Shown: piece by piece, positions 38,516-48,727 of the stretch
Layout: each line of letters opens with the position of its first letter
Numbering within the stretch: the stretch's first letter is position 1
DNA from: Capsulimonadaceae bacterium
Lineage (GTDB): Bacteria; Armatimonadota; Armatimonadia; Armatimonadales; Capsulimonadaceae
NCBI GenBank assembly: GCA_965215505.1
Contig: OZ244065.1
Location: forward strand, 2,144,001 to 2,208,000
Direction of reading: 5' to 3'
DNA length: 64,000 nt
Notes under the pieces: generated by a model
Databases searched by the model: none
Seen by the model: the letters and a program-made list of their open reading frames with translations, nothing else
Told to the model about the DNA's origin: nothing
Made by a program: the position numbers and the translations under genes

Positions 38516-40537
38516 TCAGCGGGCGAAGGTGCGGAAAAGGTTGACGTGAAAGAGGGTGCCGACGATGCTCCAGGCCGCCCCGGTCACGAAATCACCCAGG
38601 ATGAGGCCCAGGAAGAAAGGCAGGGCGCGGCGGTACACCGCCATGCCCCCGTAGCGCAGGATCAGGGCCTTAAACAGCCAAGCGACGAACATATCGCCCC
38701 AAAAGAAGTCGTTGGCGAAGGTCATATTCAGGGCATAGGGGGCCGGGTGCAGCGGGAAGCCGAGGAAGCGCGCCCGGATGGCGGCCAGCGCCATGGTCAG
38801 GGCCGCGCCGAACACCATTGCCGCCAACGCGTGCGGGTCGGCCGGCTGCGGGTCACGGAGCCAATGCTGCAAGCCGTGCCAGGCTTCCGAGCCTTTGTCG
38901 GTGCGCCAGCCGTTGACGTTCCCGGTCGCGGCGCCGTGAACATAGTAGAGCTGCAAGTCCCACAGGAGCGCCGAGGCCATAGCCACCGCCCCCGCCAGCA
39001 TCAGCGCGGGCACCAGCGGGGATAGCCGGGCGCGCGTCCGCTCCAGCCCGACGAACGCTTCTAGCTGGTGCGGCATCGCCGCCGCTCGGTAATCGAGGTT
39101 GAACCAGGACAGCGTCGCCGTGTGCGCGAGGTCCGCCTGGGAGAGGTTGGCGCTGCCCAGGACGCCGGTCAGGATGCTCTGCGGGTTGACCCACATCAGC
39201 TCAGTGGAGAGCACGGCTGTTTCGGCCCGGATGCGCGAGAGCGTCACCATCAGCAGCAAATAGACGCCCAGGAAGGCGACGGGCAGCCACCACGACCCGC
39301 CCCAGGACCAGACGAAGGCGGACAGTGCTAGGAACCCGACGAGGAAGCCGGCGACCGCCAGGCGAGCGCTCATCGGCTCGTCGGCGTCCAGGACTTTCTC
39401 GCCGCCCCGCAGGGCACGCTGCAGGTAGATCTTGAAGGACCCGCGCCCGGCCCAGAGCGCGCCCAGGCCGAGGATAAGCCAAGCTCCCCACGCCTGGTCA
39501 CCGGTGTAAGGGAACTGGGCGCTCGCATCCACGACCCAGCCGGTCGCCGGCTGGCGCCAGCCCTGGGTGACGCCCCAGACGCTGGCGGCCTTCTTGGCGA
39601 GGTAGAAGAACCAGAGGGAGAACGAGACGTCCGTGTTGACCAGATACCCGAAGCCCACACCCGAGGGGTGAAGCTGATAGAACAGCGACCCGACGCCGGT
39701 CCACGGGAACTGCAACGGGGCGTCCCAGAGCAGATCGTGGGTGCTGTTGATGGGGAACGACGGCAGAGTGGGGTAGACGCTCTGGAGCGAGTTGAGTGAG
39801 TGCAGGGCGCAGGGCAGGGCGAAGCCCAGCCACAGCAGGCGGCTGCGGTAGAGGGGCGCCCCTTCGCGTGTCATCTCCAGGGGCAGGGCGATGACTGGGA
39901 AGGGCAGATGCTCCTCATCGGCCCAGCGGCGGCGAAGGATGGCGGCAAGGCAGAGGGTCGTCCAAAGCAGGATCAGAAAGAAGACGCCCCATGTCAGAAG
40001 GTGCGGTGCCCAGGCGGCCATGACCTCGGGCCGGAAGAAGGTGGAGTGGCCCGCGTAGAACCCCTGTAGGACTGCCGGGTCGCGCGGGCCGACGGCGGGC
40101 GGCAACAGGTGCTGGAACTCGCGCCAGCCGTTGCTGTTGTCGGCGAAATAGAAGGCGTTGGACAGGAACGGGGTGAAGAACCCGATGTTCCCCACACCCG
40201 CCACGGCACTCGACATGGACAGCAGGCTGTAGAGCGCCATCATCTCGGGCTGGTTCATGGCCGCCGCCCCGGCCAGTCGGCGGACTAGGAGGTTCAGCAG
40301 GGTGAGCACGAACAGCAGGAAGGTGACTCCTAGAAAGAGCGTGGAGATGGTCATTTCGGTCATGCCGGCCCGCATCTCCGAGTTCGCGATCCAGCCCGTG
40401 TTGAGGACGATCAGCGGCAGGGTGACGGCGGCGACGTACCCCCAGCGGACGGGGACGGGGTCTGCCGGCGCGCTGCTTCCCTCCGGGGGTGACATCGCTT
40501 GCCCCGGCGCATCATGTGCCGTCTTGTTCATCGGCAT
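38516..40537 (-). CDS. DUF6785/DUF6784-type polytopic membrane protein (putative transporter)
   Basis: Many TM segments. RRRWADEEHLPFP...LP, FPLHP.PYA, K..ILRYGG..YRRALPFFLGLILGDF. Confidence 0.75.
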   Translation of the reverse strand: MPMNKTAHDAPGQAMSPPEGSSAPADPVPVRWGYVAAVTLPLIVLNTGWIANSEMRAGMTEMTISTLFLGVTFLLFVLTLLNLLVRRLAGAAAMNQPEMMALYSLLSMSSAVAGVGNIGFFTPFLSNAFYFADNSNGWREFQHLLPPAVGPRDPAVLQGFYAGHSTFFRPEVMAAWAPHLLTWGVFFLILLWTTLCLAAILRRRWADEEHLPFPVIALPLEMTREGAPLYRSRLLWLGFALPCALHSLNSLQSVYPTLPSFPINSTHDLLWDAPLQFPWTGVGSLFYQLHPSGVGFGYLVNTDVSFSLWFFYLAKKAASVWGVTQGWRQPATGWVVDASAQFPYTGDQAWGAWLILGLGALWAGRGSFKIYLQRALRGGEKVLDADEPMSARLAVAGFLVGFLALSAFVWSWGGSWWLPVAFLGVYLLLMVTLSRIRAETAVLSTELMWVNPQSILTGVLGSANLSQADLAHTATLSWFNLDYRAAAMPHQLEAFVGLERTRARLSPLVPALMLAGAVAMASALLWDLQLYYVHGAATGNVNGWRTDKGSEAWHGLQHWLRDPQPADPHALAAMVFGAALTMALAAIRARFLGFPLHPAPYALNMTFANDFFWGDMFVAWLFKALILRYGGMAVYRRALPFFLGLILGDFVTGAAWSIVGTLFHVNLFRTFAR

Positions 40538-40585
40538 TGTTGTTCATCGGTCTTTTCGTACATCGGCATTGTTGTTCGTCGTCCG

Positions 40586-40835
40586 TCACCTCTGGTAGAC
40601 CCAGGTGTACGTGTAATGTCGCGTCGGGGTCGGGTCATTAAGACCGGAGAGGATGCGCCTGCCGCGTCCGGCGTCGGGCCTTCTCCCGGTCTCTCATTAG
40701 GTCCGTTTTGCATGACAAGTTCCGTTTTCCGCGCCACGACTCCGGCTGCACTGCACCTGACGCCTAGTTGCCGAAACGCCCTGTCCGGGCTTTCCCGGCC
40801 CAGCTGCATCCACGGCGTTGGCTCCGGCACCGCGA
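40586..40835 (-). pseudogene. Collapsed remnant of a fourth GH172/DUF2961 paralogue
   Basis: Minus strand ends LNDPTPTRHYTYTWVYQR*, matching the paralogue C-terminus [18 protein letters not shown]. Confidence 0.65.
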
Positions 40836-40837
40836 CC

Positions 40838-43462
40838 TCATCTCTTCTGGACTGTTTCAGCGCTACTTGGTACTGTTAGCCACAGGGAATTCTCCACGTC
40901 CAGTGTCTGCGGTTCCGGCAAGTCTATGACACCGCCCTGGGAAAGCTCCAGTCTTTTAAGCTTCAGTTCCCCAAACATCACCTGCACCGTCACTTCCGTG
41001 CCGGACTCGACCGGCTTCTGTCGGCACGTCCCCCACACCGATCCGTTTGACCAGAACCATTGGCATGGTTCTGGCGAAGACCGGAAGCGGAGCGTCTGAG
41101 CCACAGCGTCATAGTGAAACCCGGTCAGCGCCAGCACCGCCGACCAGCTCGCCATCGCGCGGAAGTAGTGGTGGCCGCACTCGGCCTCGTCGAACGGGCT
41201 GCGCTTGCGCCCGTCATACCGATCACGGATCGCCTGGATGACGCGCAGGCCGTCCTCGCATTGGCCTTCGTAGAGCATCCCGACCGCTGCGACGTGTTCG
41301 TAGCCGGTCATCACCTCGTTGTAATAGGGGAACGGGCGCTTGGGGCGGCGGCCCAGTGGGTAGGTTGCCATCAGCATCGCCGACTCTTCCTGCAGCGCGA
41401 ACGTCCGCAGGTGGTTGAAGTGGCCGTACAGGTCGGTCTTGAAGTTGTAGCGCATCAGGCTGCGCAGGGTCGCCCGTACGTGTTCCGGGTCCAGCAGGTA
41501 GTCCAAGCCGCAGACGTGCGCCAGGTACTGCCCGACCAGTTGGTCTATCAGGCAGCCCGCGCCGAGCTGCAGTTCCGGGTCGGAGAGGTCGCGGGCACCC
41601 ATGCTCTCGTGCCGCAGGCCGGGCGCGATAGCGGCCTCATCACTGATGGGCCGTATCTGGTGCTCGTAATACTCGCCGTTGAAGAGATGCCGGTCTATCC
41701 AGCGACTGCCTCGATCAAAAAGGTCGCGGCAGGTAGCGGCGAACTCGCCTTCGCCCAGGTGACGCGCCATCTCTTCGCACGCGCGCAGTGCGCCCAGGTA
41801 CCACGCCCCCATCTGCGGGTTAGGGCCGTAGTATTCCACATCCATCGTGTTGTGCTGGCAGCCTTCCATCACGCCGTCTTTGTCCGCGTCCCAGCCGCCC
41901 TCGATCCAGCAGAACTCCAACGCCTTTTTTGCACGGGGCCAAAGCGAACTGAGCATGGCCTCATCGCCGGATAGACGCCAGTCCCGGTAGAGCTTCATCA
42001 GGCAGCCCATCTGCCCGTCCGCCGCCGCCAAGCCCCACTCTTGCGCCCGGCCCAGGGGCAGGTTGACTCGGAAGCTCATCAGGCCGTTCGGGGCGGTCGT
42101 GTGGCCGAACTCGACCTCGCGCATGGCGCGGGACAGGTCGCCGAACAGGAACGCCGTTGCCGTCTCGTAGTTGAAGACGTGGGTGCAGCTGCCGTGGCAG
42201 CACCCGCTCTTGTCGCCGCAGCCCTCCCACCCGTAGAACCGTCCGTCCGCCGTGCGGAAGCAGGTCTGCGTGCGCAGCGTCGAGAGGTTGAACAGAGCCG
42301 CCTCTTTCACCACGTCCGGCAGGTCGCTGCCGCAGAAGGCGCGCACGAATGCCACAGTGTCCTTCTCCAGACTGGGCAGGGCCACAACAGTGCGCTTGGC
42401 GACATCCCAGGCGTCGCGGTACTGGGTCGCGTAATGGTTGCCGATCCAGTCGGGATTGTCGGCCGGGTCGCCGCAGGAGCCATCCGCACAACCGCAGCTG
42501 TCGGCTTGGTTGGTAAGAGCCGGAGTCCAGGTCATTCGGTTGGGGAAGTGCCACGTCAGCAGGAACGTGATCTCCTGGCTGGAGCCGGCGGGTAGGTCCA
42601 GCGTCACCGCCAGGGAGGCGGTCGGCGCGTCTTCGTCCGTGGCCGTGCGTTCTTCCAGCCTGCCATCCTCGCTGAAGTCGTCCCAGAAGTCCAGCAGCGA
42701 GTCGCCCCAGCTCAGGGACGGCCAGGCGGTGCGATAGGTCACGCCGTCGGTCGTCGTCGTGCCGACCGCCATCGTCCCCCACTGTTCGGCCTGCGGGTCC
42801 ACGCCCTCGGAGCGCAGGAACACGCCGGACAAGCCGTCCGTCTGTCGGAAGACGTTCCTGTTTTTGCTTGGCTTCCCGTTCGACCCGTCCTGACCGATGA
42901 AGTTCTGGACGCTGCCGCAGACCGAGGCCGTCAGCGCGCCGTCCGTCCTGTTCGTCAGTACATAGCGCAGGAACGCGATGGGGATGCCGCTGCGCTCGGC
43001 GTCGCCTGGAATCAGCGGGTTAAAGGCCTGCAGCCGGACCTCGACCGGGACATCGGGATCGGAAAGAAGCACCTGCCCCAGCGGGTACGCCGCCTCGAAC
43101 CGGGCAGAGCGGAAACGCGGCAGGCCGTGGTTCTTAGCCGTGCTGCCGAAGTCACCCTCGTAGGCGGTCACGTCCAGCGGCCCTTCCAGAGCGCGCGTGA
43201 CGGAAAGCCCGTTGTCCGACCGAACATTCAGGGCGAAAAAGGTTCGCTCCGGCGTGAAGCCTTTCGCGGGTCGGTTGACCACCTCCCAATCCCGCAGGTC
43301 GCCGCGCCCGCCGAGCGAGACGGTCCCCGTGCCGATGCCGCCCAAGGGTAGGGCGATCCGCGCCAGATGGTCCTGGTCGTACTCACGCAGGACCGGCCAT
43401 GTTTCCGTCGGCAGTCGTCGTTCCTTCACGCTGTGTTGCTCCGCTGCCGCTGTGTGATTCAC
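40838..43462 (-). CDS. GH116 glycoside hydrolase
   Basis: ALPLGGIGTG, FYGWEG, GSCTHV, AADGQMG, QHNTMD, GCLIDQLVGQ, EVMTG.E, EAECGHHY.RAMASW. Confidence 0.9.
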   Translation of the reverse strand: MNHTAAAEQHSVKERRLPTETWPVLREYDQDHLARIALPLGGIGTGTVSLGGRGDLRDWEVVNRPAKGFTPERTFFALNVRSDNGLSVTRALEGPLDVTAYEGDFGSTAKNHGLPRFRSARFEAAYPLGQVLLSDPDVPVEVRLQAFNPLIPGDAERSGIPIAFLRYVLTNRTDGALTASVCGSVQNFIGQDGSNGKPSKNRNVFRQTDGLSGVFLRSEGVDPQAEQWGTMAVGTTTTDGVTYRTAWPSLSWGDSLLDFWDDFSEDGRLEERTATDEDAPTASLAVTLDLPAGSSQEITFLLTWHFPNRMTWTPALTNQADSCGCADGSCGDPADNPDWIGNHYATQYRDAWDVAKRTVVALPSLEKDTVAFVRAFCGSDLPDVVKEAALFNLSTLRTQTCFRTADGRFYGWEGCGDKSGCCHGSCTHVFNYETATAFLFGDLSRAMREVEFGHTTAPNGLMSFRVNLPLGRAQEWGLAAADGQMGCLMKLYRDWRLSGDEAMLSSLWPRAKKALEFCWIEGGWDADKDGVMEGCQHNTMDVEYYGPNPQMGAWYLGALRACEEMARHLGEGEFAATCRDLFDRGSRWIDRHLFNGEYYEHQIRPISDEAAIAPGLRHESMGARDLSDPELQLGAGCLIDQLVGQYLAHVCGLDYLLDPEHVRATLRSLMRYNFKTDLYGHFNHLRTFALQEESAMLMATYPLGRRPKRPFPYYNEVMTGYEHVAAVGMLYEGQCEDGLRVIQAIRDRYDGRKRSPFDEAECGHHYFRAMASWSAVLALTGFHYDAVAQTLRFRSSPEPCQWFWSNGSVWGTCRQKPVESGTEVTVQVMFGELKLKRLELSQGGVIDLPEPQTLDVENSLWLTVPSSAETVQKR

Positions 43463-43510
43463 GTGATTTCTCCTTCGTCAGGGTTTGCCGACCTGGACAG
43501 GGACATTTTG

Positions 43511-44632
43511 TCACCATTGGTAGAGGAAAACGTAGGTCCTGTATTCGGTCGGCGGGGGATCGCCGATCACCCCATAAACACCGCCGTAGCGTTCGCCGTC
43601 CCGGCAGGTGAGTCGGAAGCCGTGCTGGAAGAAGACGGGGTCGTCGTCGTGGAACCGGTACGCCGAGAAGGCGTTCTCGGCCTTGTTGATGTAGGTCAGT
43701 CCGGCGACCGCCCCGTAGTAGAGCTGGCTCTGATGGAAATAGCCCGACCCCAGGAAGTAGTCCTCCAGGCCCGACGACAGAAGCTCGGGATCCTTCGAGC
43801 CGTCGATATAGGCCCGGATGTTTCCCTCCATATAACTCAGGTCCGTCCAGTTGCCGGTCGCCTTGCGCTGCCCCTGTGCCGCCATCACGACCAGGTAGAG
43901 CATGCCTGCGCCCCGGACGTTGCACATATCGAACTCTTCCAGCGGCTTGGCGTCGTAGGGCTCCAGCGTGTAGAGCCTCAGTCGGGCATTGTCGGGCAGG
44001 CGCATTCCGCCGACGATCGTCGGCAGGTTGTCCGTTCCCCGGATCGTCCACCAGCCCTTTTTGCCCGTGCCGGCGTTGAAGACGTTCGTCATCGGGAAGA
44101 TGGTCACACGGACGCTTTTGCCGTAGGGGATGCGGTAGGTGTTGAACTGCGCTCCGTAGCGGCCCATCTTCGGGCTGCCGAAGGGCGCGGGCGAGCCGCC
44201 GAAGGCGTACCCGTGCCCCAGGTCCAGCGCCATGTCGATCGAGGGGCGCGCCTCCCCGTCCACATACACGCGCACCCGCACCCGCTCGTCCATGGCGAAG
44301 AACATATAGGTCAGGCAGCCATGGCCGGTGTGGCTGAGGAGTTCCGTTTCCTTGCCCGCCTGCAGCACGTCGCCGCCTTTGCCGCTGGCGCTGAAAGTCT
44401 TCAGGGCGTTAAAAGCGATGGCCGGGGTCCCTTTGACACTCTTCCCGGCGGGGCTCGCGGGCATGGCCGTGTCACGCTGAGGCGCGGCGCAGGAGGCGAG
44501 GGCCGTCAGCAGCACCACGGCGCTAAGTGTCAGGGACAGAGTGGCGTGACATTTCATTGTGGTTGAAGAGTGGCGCTTCATTGCCAGACGGTTCTTTCTT
44601 GGGCGTCCCTGCCGGACCATGGGATTCACCAT
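43511..44632 (-). CDS. GH172 (DUF2961) glycoside hydrolase with lipoprotein-like signal
   Basis: [40 protein letters not shown] lipobox-like. Start uncertain. Confidence 0.85.
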   Translation of the reverse strand: MVNPMVRQGRPRKNRLAMKRHSSTTMKCHATLSLTLSAVVLLTALASCAAPQRDTAMPASPAGKSVKGTPAIAFNALKTFSASGKGGDVLQAGKETELLSHTGHGCLTYMFFAMDERVRVRVYVDGEARPSIDMALDLGHGYAFGGSPAPFGSPKMGRYGAQFNTYRIPYGKSVRVTIFPMTNVFNAGTGKKGWWTIRGTDNLPTIVGGMRLPDNARLRLYTLEPYDAKPLEEFDMCNVRGAGMLYLVVMAAQGQRKATGNWTDLSYMEGNIRAYIDGSKDPELLSSGLEDYFLGSGYFHQSQLYYGAVAGLTYINKAENAFSAYRFHDDDPVFFQHGFRLTCRDGERYGGVYGVIGDPPPTEYRTYVFLYQW

Positions 44633-45543
44633 TCATAGACCCAGGTGTAGGTCGTGAAGCGCGTCGGCGGCGGGTCGTGGAGCACGGCGCCGTTCAGCTC
44701 CTCGCCGCACCGGCAGGTCAGCCGCAGGCCCGCCCGGAAGAAGATGGGGTCGTCATCGTGGAACCGGTACGCCGAGAAGGCTTTGCGCGCAGCGTCCAGG
44801 AACGTCAGGCCGGCGACCGCGCCGTAATAGAGCTGGTTCTGGTGGAAGTAACCCGAGCCGAGGAAGTAGTCTTCCAAGCCCGAAGACAGATACTGCGGCT
44901 CGGTCCCGCCGTTCAGGTAGGCCCGTATGCAGCCTTCCATGTAGCTGATATCTTTCCAGTCGCCAACGTTCCGCAGGCTCTCCGCGGCTATGGTGACTAA
45001 ATAGAGCAGGCCCGCGCCGGGGACGTCGCACAGGGCGAACTCCTCCAGAGGCTCGGCCTCGTGTCCCTCCAGGCGGTGCAGCCGCAGCCGCGCCCCGTCC
45101 GGCAGGCGCTGACCAGCGACCACAAGGGACAGATCTTCCGTCCCCCGGATGATCCACCAGATCTTCCGCCCTGTGACCCAGTCGAAGACAGCGGACGTGG
45201 GGAGCAGTGTGACGCGCACCCCGTCGCCGTAGGGGATGTGGTAGGTGTTGAAATGTCCCCCATACCTCCCCATCTTCGGACTGCCGAAGGGGGACGGCGA
45301 GCCCCCAAAGGCATACCCGTGGCCCATGTCCATTGCCATGTCGATCGAGGCCGCCGCCTCGCCGTCCACATAGACGCGGATGCGGACGCGCGGGTCCATG
45401 GCGAACCACATGTGTGTCAGGACGCCCCGCCCGGCGCGGCGGAACAGCTCGATCTCCCGGCCCGCTTCCAGCGCCTCGATCTCTTTGCCCATGGCGCTGA
45501 AGGTGTCCAACGTGTCCAAACTGTTCAACCGCTTACCACTCAT
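44626..45543 (-). CDS. GH172 (DUF2961) glycoside hydrolase, no signal peptide
   Basis: [33 protein letters not shown]. Confidence 0.88.
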   Translation of the reverse strand: MSGKRLNSLDTLDTFSAMGKEIEALEAGREIELFRRAGRGVLTHMWFAMDPRVRIRVYVDGEAAASIDMAMDMGHGYAFGGSPSPFGSPKMGRYGGHFNTYHIPYGDGVRVTLLPTSAVFDWVTGRKIWWIIRGTEDLSLVVAGQRLPDGARLRLHRLEGHEAEPLEEFALCDVPGAGLLYLVTIAAESLRNVGDWKDISYMEGCIRAYLNGGTEPQYLSSGLEDYFLGSGYFHQNQLYYGAVAGLTFLDAARKAFSAYRFHDDDPIFFRAGLRLTCRCGEELNGAVLHDPPPTRFTTYTWVYEW

Positions 45544-46558
45544 AGACCCAGGTGTAGGTCGTGAAGCGCGTCGGCGGCGGGTCGTGGAGCACGGCGCCGT
45601 TCAGCTCCTCGCCGCACCGGCAGGTCAGCCGCAGGCCCGCCCGGAAGAAGATGGGGTCGTCGTCGTGGAACCGGTACGCCGAAAACGCGTTCTTTTCGGC
45701 GTCGAAGTGCGTCAGCCCGGCCAGGGCGTTCGCGTACAACCCCCGGTTAAAGTAGTAGGTGCCCAGGAAGTAGTCTTCCAGGCCCGAGGAGAGCAGGACC
45801 GGGGCCGGCTCGCCGTTCACATAGGCCCGCACGATGGCCTCCAGGTAGCTGATGTCCTTCCAGTCGCCGACGTTCCGCAGGCTCTCCGCGGCCATGGTGA
45901 CCTGGTACAGCGCGCCCGCACCCGGAACGTCGCACAGCACGAACTCTTCCAGGGGCGGGGCGACAAAGTCCGCGTGGGTATGCAGGCGCAGCCGCGCCCG
46001 GTCCGGCAGGCGCACGCCCGCTAACGTCACCGGGAGGTTCTTGGTGCCGCGCACGATCCACCAGAAGGCGGCCCCGTCGGGCGAGGCGGCATCCCGCTGG
46101 GCGGTCACCCGGACGCCTGCGCCGAAGGGGATCTTGTAGGTGTTGTAGACGCCGCTGGGATGGCCGGTCTTGCCCATCTTTTCGGTGCCCCAGGGCGCGG
46201 CCGTGTCCCCAAACCCGTAGCCGTGGCCCAGCCCCATTTCCATCTCGATGGAGGGGTGCGTTTCGCCGTCCACATAGACGCGCAGCCGCGTCTTCTCAAA
46301 GCCGGGCCAGTCGCCCCCGAACCACATGTGGGTGAGGCAGCCCCGGCCTTCCACGCGCAGCAGCTCCGCCTCGGCGTAACCGTCCAGCACGAGGACCTCC
46401 TTGCCGATGGCGCAGAAGGTCTCCAGCGAGGCGACGTCGTCGGCCGACCCGGCGTGCGGTGCTGCCGTCAAAGCCGTCCCGTTCGCGCCCGGTTTCGTGT
46501 CAGATGCAGTCACGGGCAGTGCCTCTCCGCCATTCAAAAATACCTCTCCGCTAATCAA
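45533..46558 (-). CDS. GH172 (DUF2961) glycoside hydrolase, no signal peptide
   Basis: [35 protein letters not shown]. The start may be the GTG near 46513. Confidence 0.88.
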   Translation of the reverse strand: MISGEVFLNGGEALPVTASDTKPGANGTALTAAPHAGSADDVASLETFCAIGKEVLVLDGYAEAELLRVEGRGCLTHMWFGGDWPGFEKTRLRVYVDGETHPSIEMEMGLGHGYGFGDTAAPWGTEKMGKTGHPSGVYNTYKIPFGAGVRVTAQRDAASPDGAAFWWIVRGTKNLPVTLAGVRLPDRARLRLHTHADFVAPPLEEFVLCDVPGAGALYQVTMAAESLRNVGDWKDISYLEAIVRAYVNGEPAPVLLSSGLEDYFLGTYYFNRGLYANALAGLTHFDAEKNAFSAYRFHDDDPIFFRAGLRLTCRCGEELNGAVLHDPPPTRFTTYTWVYEW

Positions 46559-47633
46559 AGACGATCACCACTTTCCCGCTCTGGCCCCTGTCGGCCACCT
46601 CATATGCTTCGGCGGCCTGGTCCAGCCGGAACCGGTGCGTCACCGTCTTCTCCGGGTGCAGGTCCCACCGCGACAGACGCTCCACCAGGTCCTCCATGTG
46701 GCTCAGCGACGTCACCCACGACCCGTACAGCGTGATCTGCGGGTGGATCAGGAAGGGGGACACGTCGAAATCCACCGTCCCGCCTTCGCCCACGAACGCG
46801 CACCGGCCCCACTGCCGAGTCCCCCGCAGGGCCAGCTTGCGGGCGGGAGCCGCCCCGGAACAGTCAATGCTGGCCTCGCAGCCCTTGCCCCCCGTCGTCG
46901 CCTTGATCTTGTCCAGCGCACCGGCGTCGCTCAGGAACGCCGCGTCCACCAGGCCTAACTCGCATGCCAGATCAATCCGGCCCTGGCTGGTGTCCACGCC
47001 GATCACCTGCGTCGCCCCCAGCGCCCGCCCCAGCATCGCCGCCGCCAGGCCCACCGGACCCAGGCCCGTCACCAGCAGCCGGTCCCGGCCGCCGACGTTG
47101 ATCCGCGTCAGCGCCTCCCAGGCTGTGCCGAAGCCGCAGGCGACCAGGGCGCCGTCAATATAGCTCAGGTTGTCGGGGAGGGCGATGCAGGTGTTCTCCT
47201 CGGCCAGCAGGAACGGTGCGTGGCCGCCGTCCCGCTGCCAGCCGTAGGCGGCCCGGAACGGCGAGTGGCAGGAGATCATGTACCCGGCCTGGCAGTCCTC
47301 GCAGACCCCGCAGCCGCTGATGTGGTACAGGACCACCCGGTCGCCCACTTTAAAGCGCTTGCAGCCCGGCCCGACTTCGGCGATCTGCCCGCACGGCTCG
47401 TGGCCAGCCAGGACGCCCTTGTACGCCTCGTCGCCGACGCCCAGGTGCTCGCGGTAGATGGCCCGGATGTCGCTGCCGCAGATGGAGGACGCCTTCATCT
47501 GGACCAAGACCTGCCCGTGCCCCGGCGTGGGGATCGGCTGCTCCCGGAAGGCGACGGTGCTGTTGCCGGGCAGCACAACGCCCCGCATCGCTCTTCCTGC
47601 CGTCCCGCGCGTTGGAGTTGTTTGTGTCATCAT
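46551..47633 (-). CDS. Zinc-dependent medium-chain (polyol-type) dehydrogenase
   Basis: [18 protein letters not shown]...C, GLGPVG. Confidence 0.92.
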   Translation of the reverse strand: MMTQTTPTRGTAGRAMRGVVLPGNSTVAFREQPIPTPGHGQVLVQMKASSICGSDIRAIYREHLGVGDEAYKGVLAGHEPCGQIAEVGPGCKRFKVGDRVVLYHISGCGVCEDCQAGYMISCHSPFRAAYGWQRDGGHAPFLLAEENTCIALPDNLSYIDGALVACGFGTAWEALTRINVGGRDRLLVTGLGPVGLAAAMLGRALGATQVIGVDTSQGRIDLACELGLVDAAFLSDAGALDKIKATTGGKGCEASIDCSGAAPARKLALRGTRQWGRCAFVGEGGTVDFDVSPFLIHPQITLYGSWVTSLSHMEDLVERLSRWDLHPEKTVTHRFRLDQAAEAYEVADRGQSGKVVIVFD

Positions 47634-47668
47634 CAGTCTCTTCCCTTCGAGTATCGGTCACTTCGGTG

Positions 47669-48727
47669 TCAAGGAGGCGTGATCTCACCGGTCACGTCCC
47701 ACAGATCCTCCCAGGTCTGGCCGTCTTTCCACAGGAAGACGTGGCCCTTGATCAACCGATTGTTCTTGTCAATGCCCGCAATGGCCTGCATCTCCGCCTC
47801 GGTCAGCGGGTCGCCGCCGACGCCTTGCAGGGTCGCCAGATACTGCGAGCGCTTGACCGAGAACGGGATCGCCGCTCCCCCGCGCTGCACTGCCCACTTG
47901 ACGCAGACCACGGCGGGGTGGACGCCAAGACGCTGGGCGATGCGTACGATGACCGGGTCTTCCACGTCCACGGTGTCATCGGGCGTCCGGTCTCGTTCGG
48001 GACGGGAGGGTGAGCCGATGGGGGAATAGCCGATGGGCAGGATGCCGTTGTCCACAATGTACTGGAACAGGTCCGGCTGCTGGAAGTGGGGGTGCAGTTC
48101 CATCTCGTTGGCGGCGGGTTTGATGTCCGCATCGCGCAGGAGGAGCTCCAGCTTGGGGATCGTCATGTTGGACGTGCCGATATGCCGAACCAGGCCCGCC
48201 TCAACCAGCTGCTCCATCTGCCGCCACGTTCGCACATAGTCGTCGTGGAGGTAGGCCCTGGCGTGGGGGTCGCGGGAATGGGCGTCCACGCCTTTGCCGT
48301 GCGAATTGGGGAAGGGCCAATGGACAAGATAAAGATCGAGGTAGTCGAGCTGTAAGTCCCGCAACGACTGCCGGCAGGACTCGATGACCTGGCCGTGCTT
48401 GTCGTTCCAGACTTTGGAGGTGATCCACAGGTCTTCGCGGGGGATGTCGCCCTCCATGATGGCCCGGAGGGAGCGGCCCACGGCGTCCTCGTTGCCGTAG
48501 ACGCTGGCGCAGTCGAAGTGGCGGTAGCCGACCGAAGCGGCGCCGACGACGGCCTTGGCGATCTGCTCGGTGGAATAGTTGTCCGAGCCGAAGGTGCCCA
48601 GGCCGAGGGCAGGCATGGCCGCGCCGGTCGGCAGGGTCATGTGGGGGACACGGCTGGGGTCTACCCCATCGGCGGCGGTAGCAAACGGCGCCAGATCAGT
48701 TCCACTCGGATCATCCATAACTGTCAT
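47669..48727 (-). CDS. Aldo/keto reductase (aldose-reductase-like)
   Basis: MPALGLGT, GYRHFDCASVYGNE, ITSKVWN, LDLYLVHWP, IGTSN. ATGA overlap with the LacI stop. Confidence 0.92.
   Translation of the reverse strand: MTVMDDPSGTDLAPFATAADGVDPSRVPHMTLPTGAAMPALGLGTFGSDNYSTEQIAKAVVGAASVGYRHFDCASVYGNEDAVGRSLRAIMEGDIPREDLWITSKVWNDKHGQVIESCRQSLRDLQLDYLDLYLVHWPFPNSHGKGVDAHSRDPHARAYLHDDYVRTWRQMEQLVEAGLVRHIGTSNMTIPKLELLLRDADIKPAANEMELHPHFQQPDLFQYIVDNGILPIGYSPIGSPSRPERDRTPDDTVDVEDPVIVRIAQRLGVHPAVVCVKWAVQRGGAAIPFSVKRSQYLATLQGVGGDPLTEAEMQAIAGIDKNNRLIKGHVFLWKDGQTWEDLWDVTGEITPP

Noticed and set aside
43452-43470. parS-like TTCACGTGA
   Set aside because: Only the core matches, the flanks do not, and it overlaps the GH116 start far from parB.
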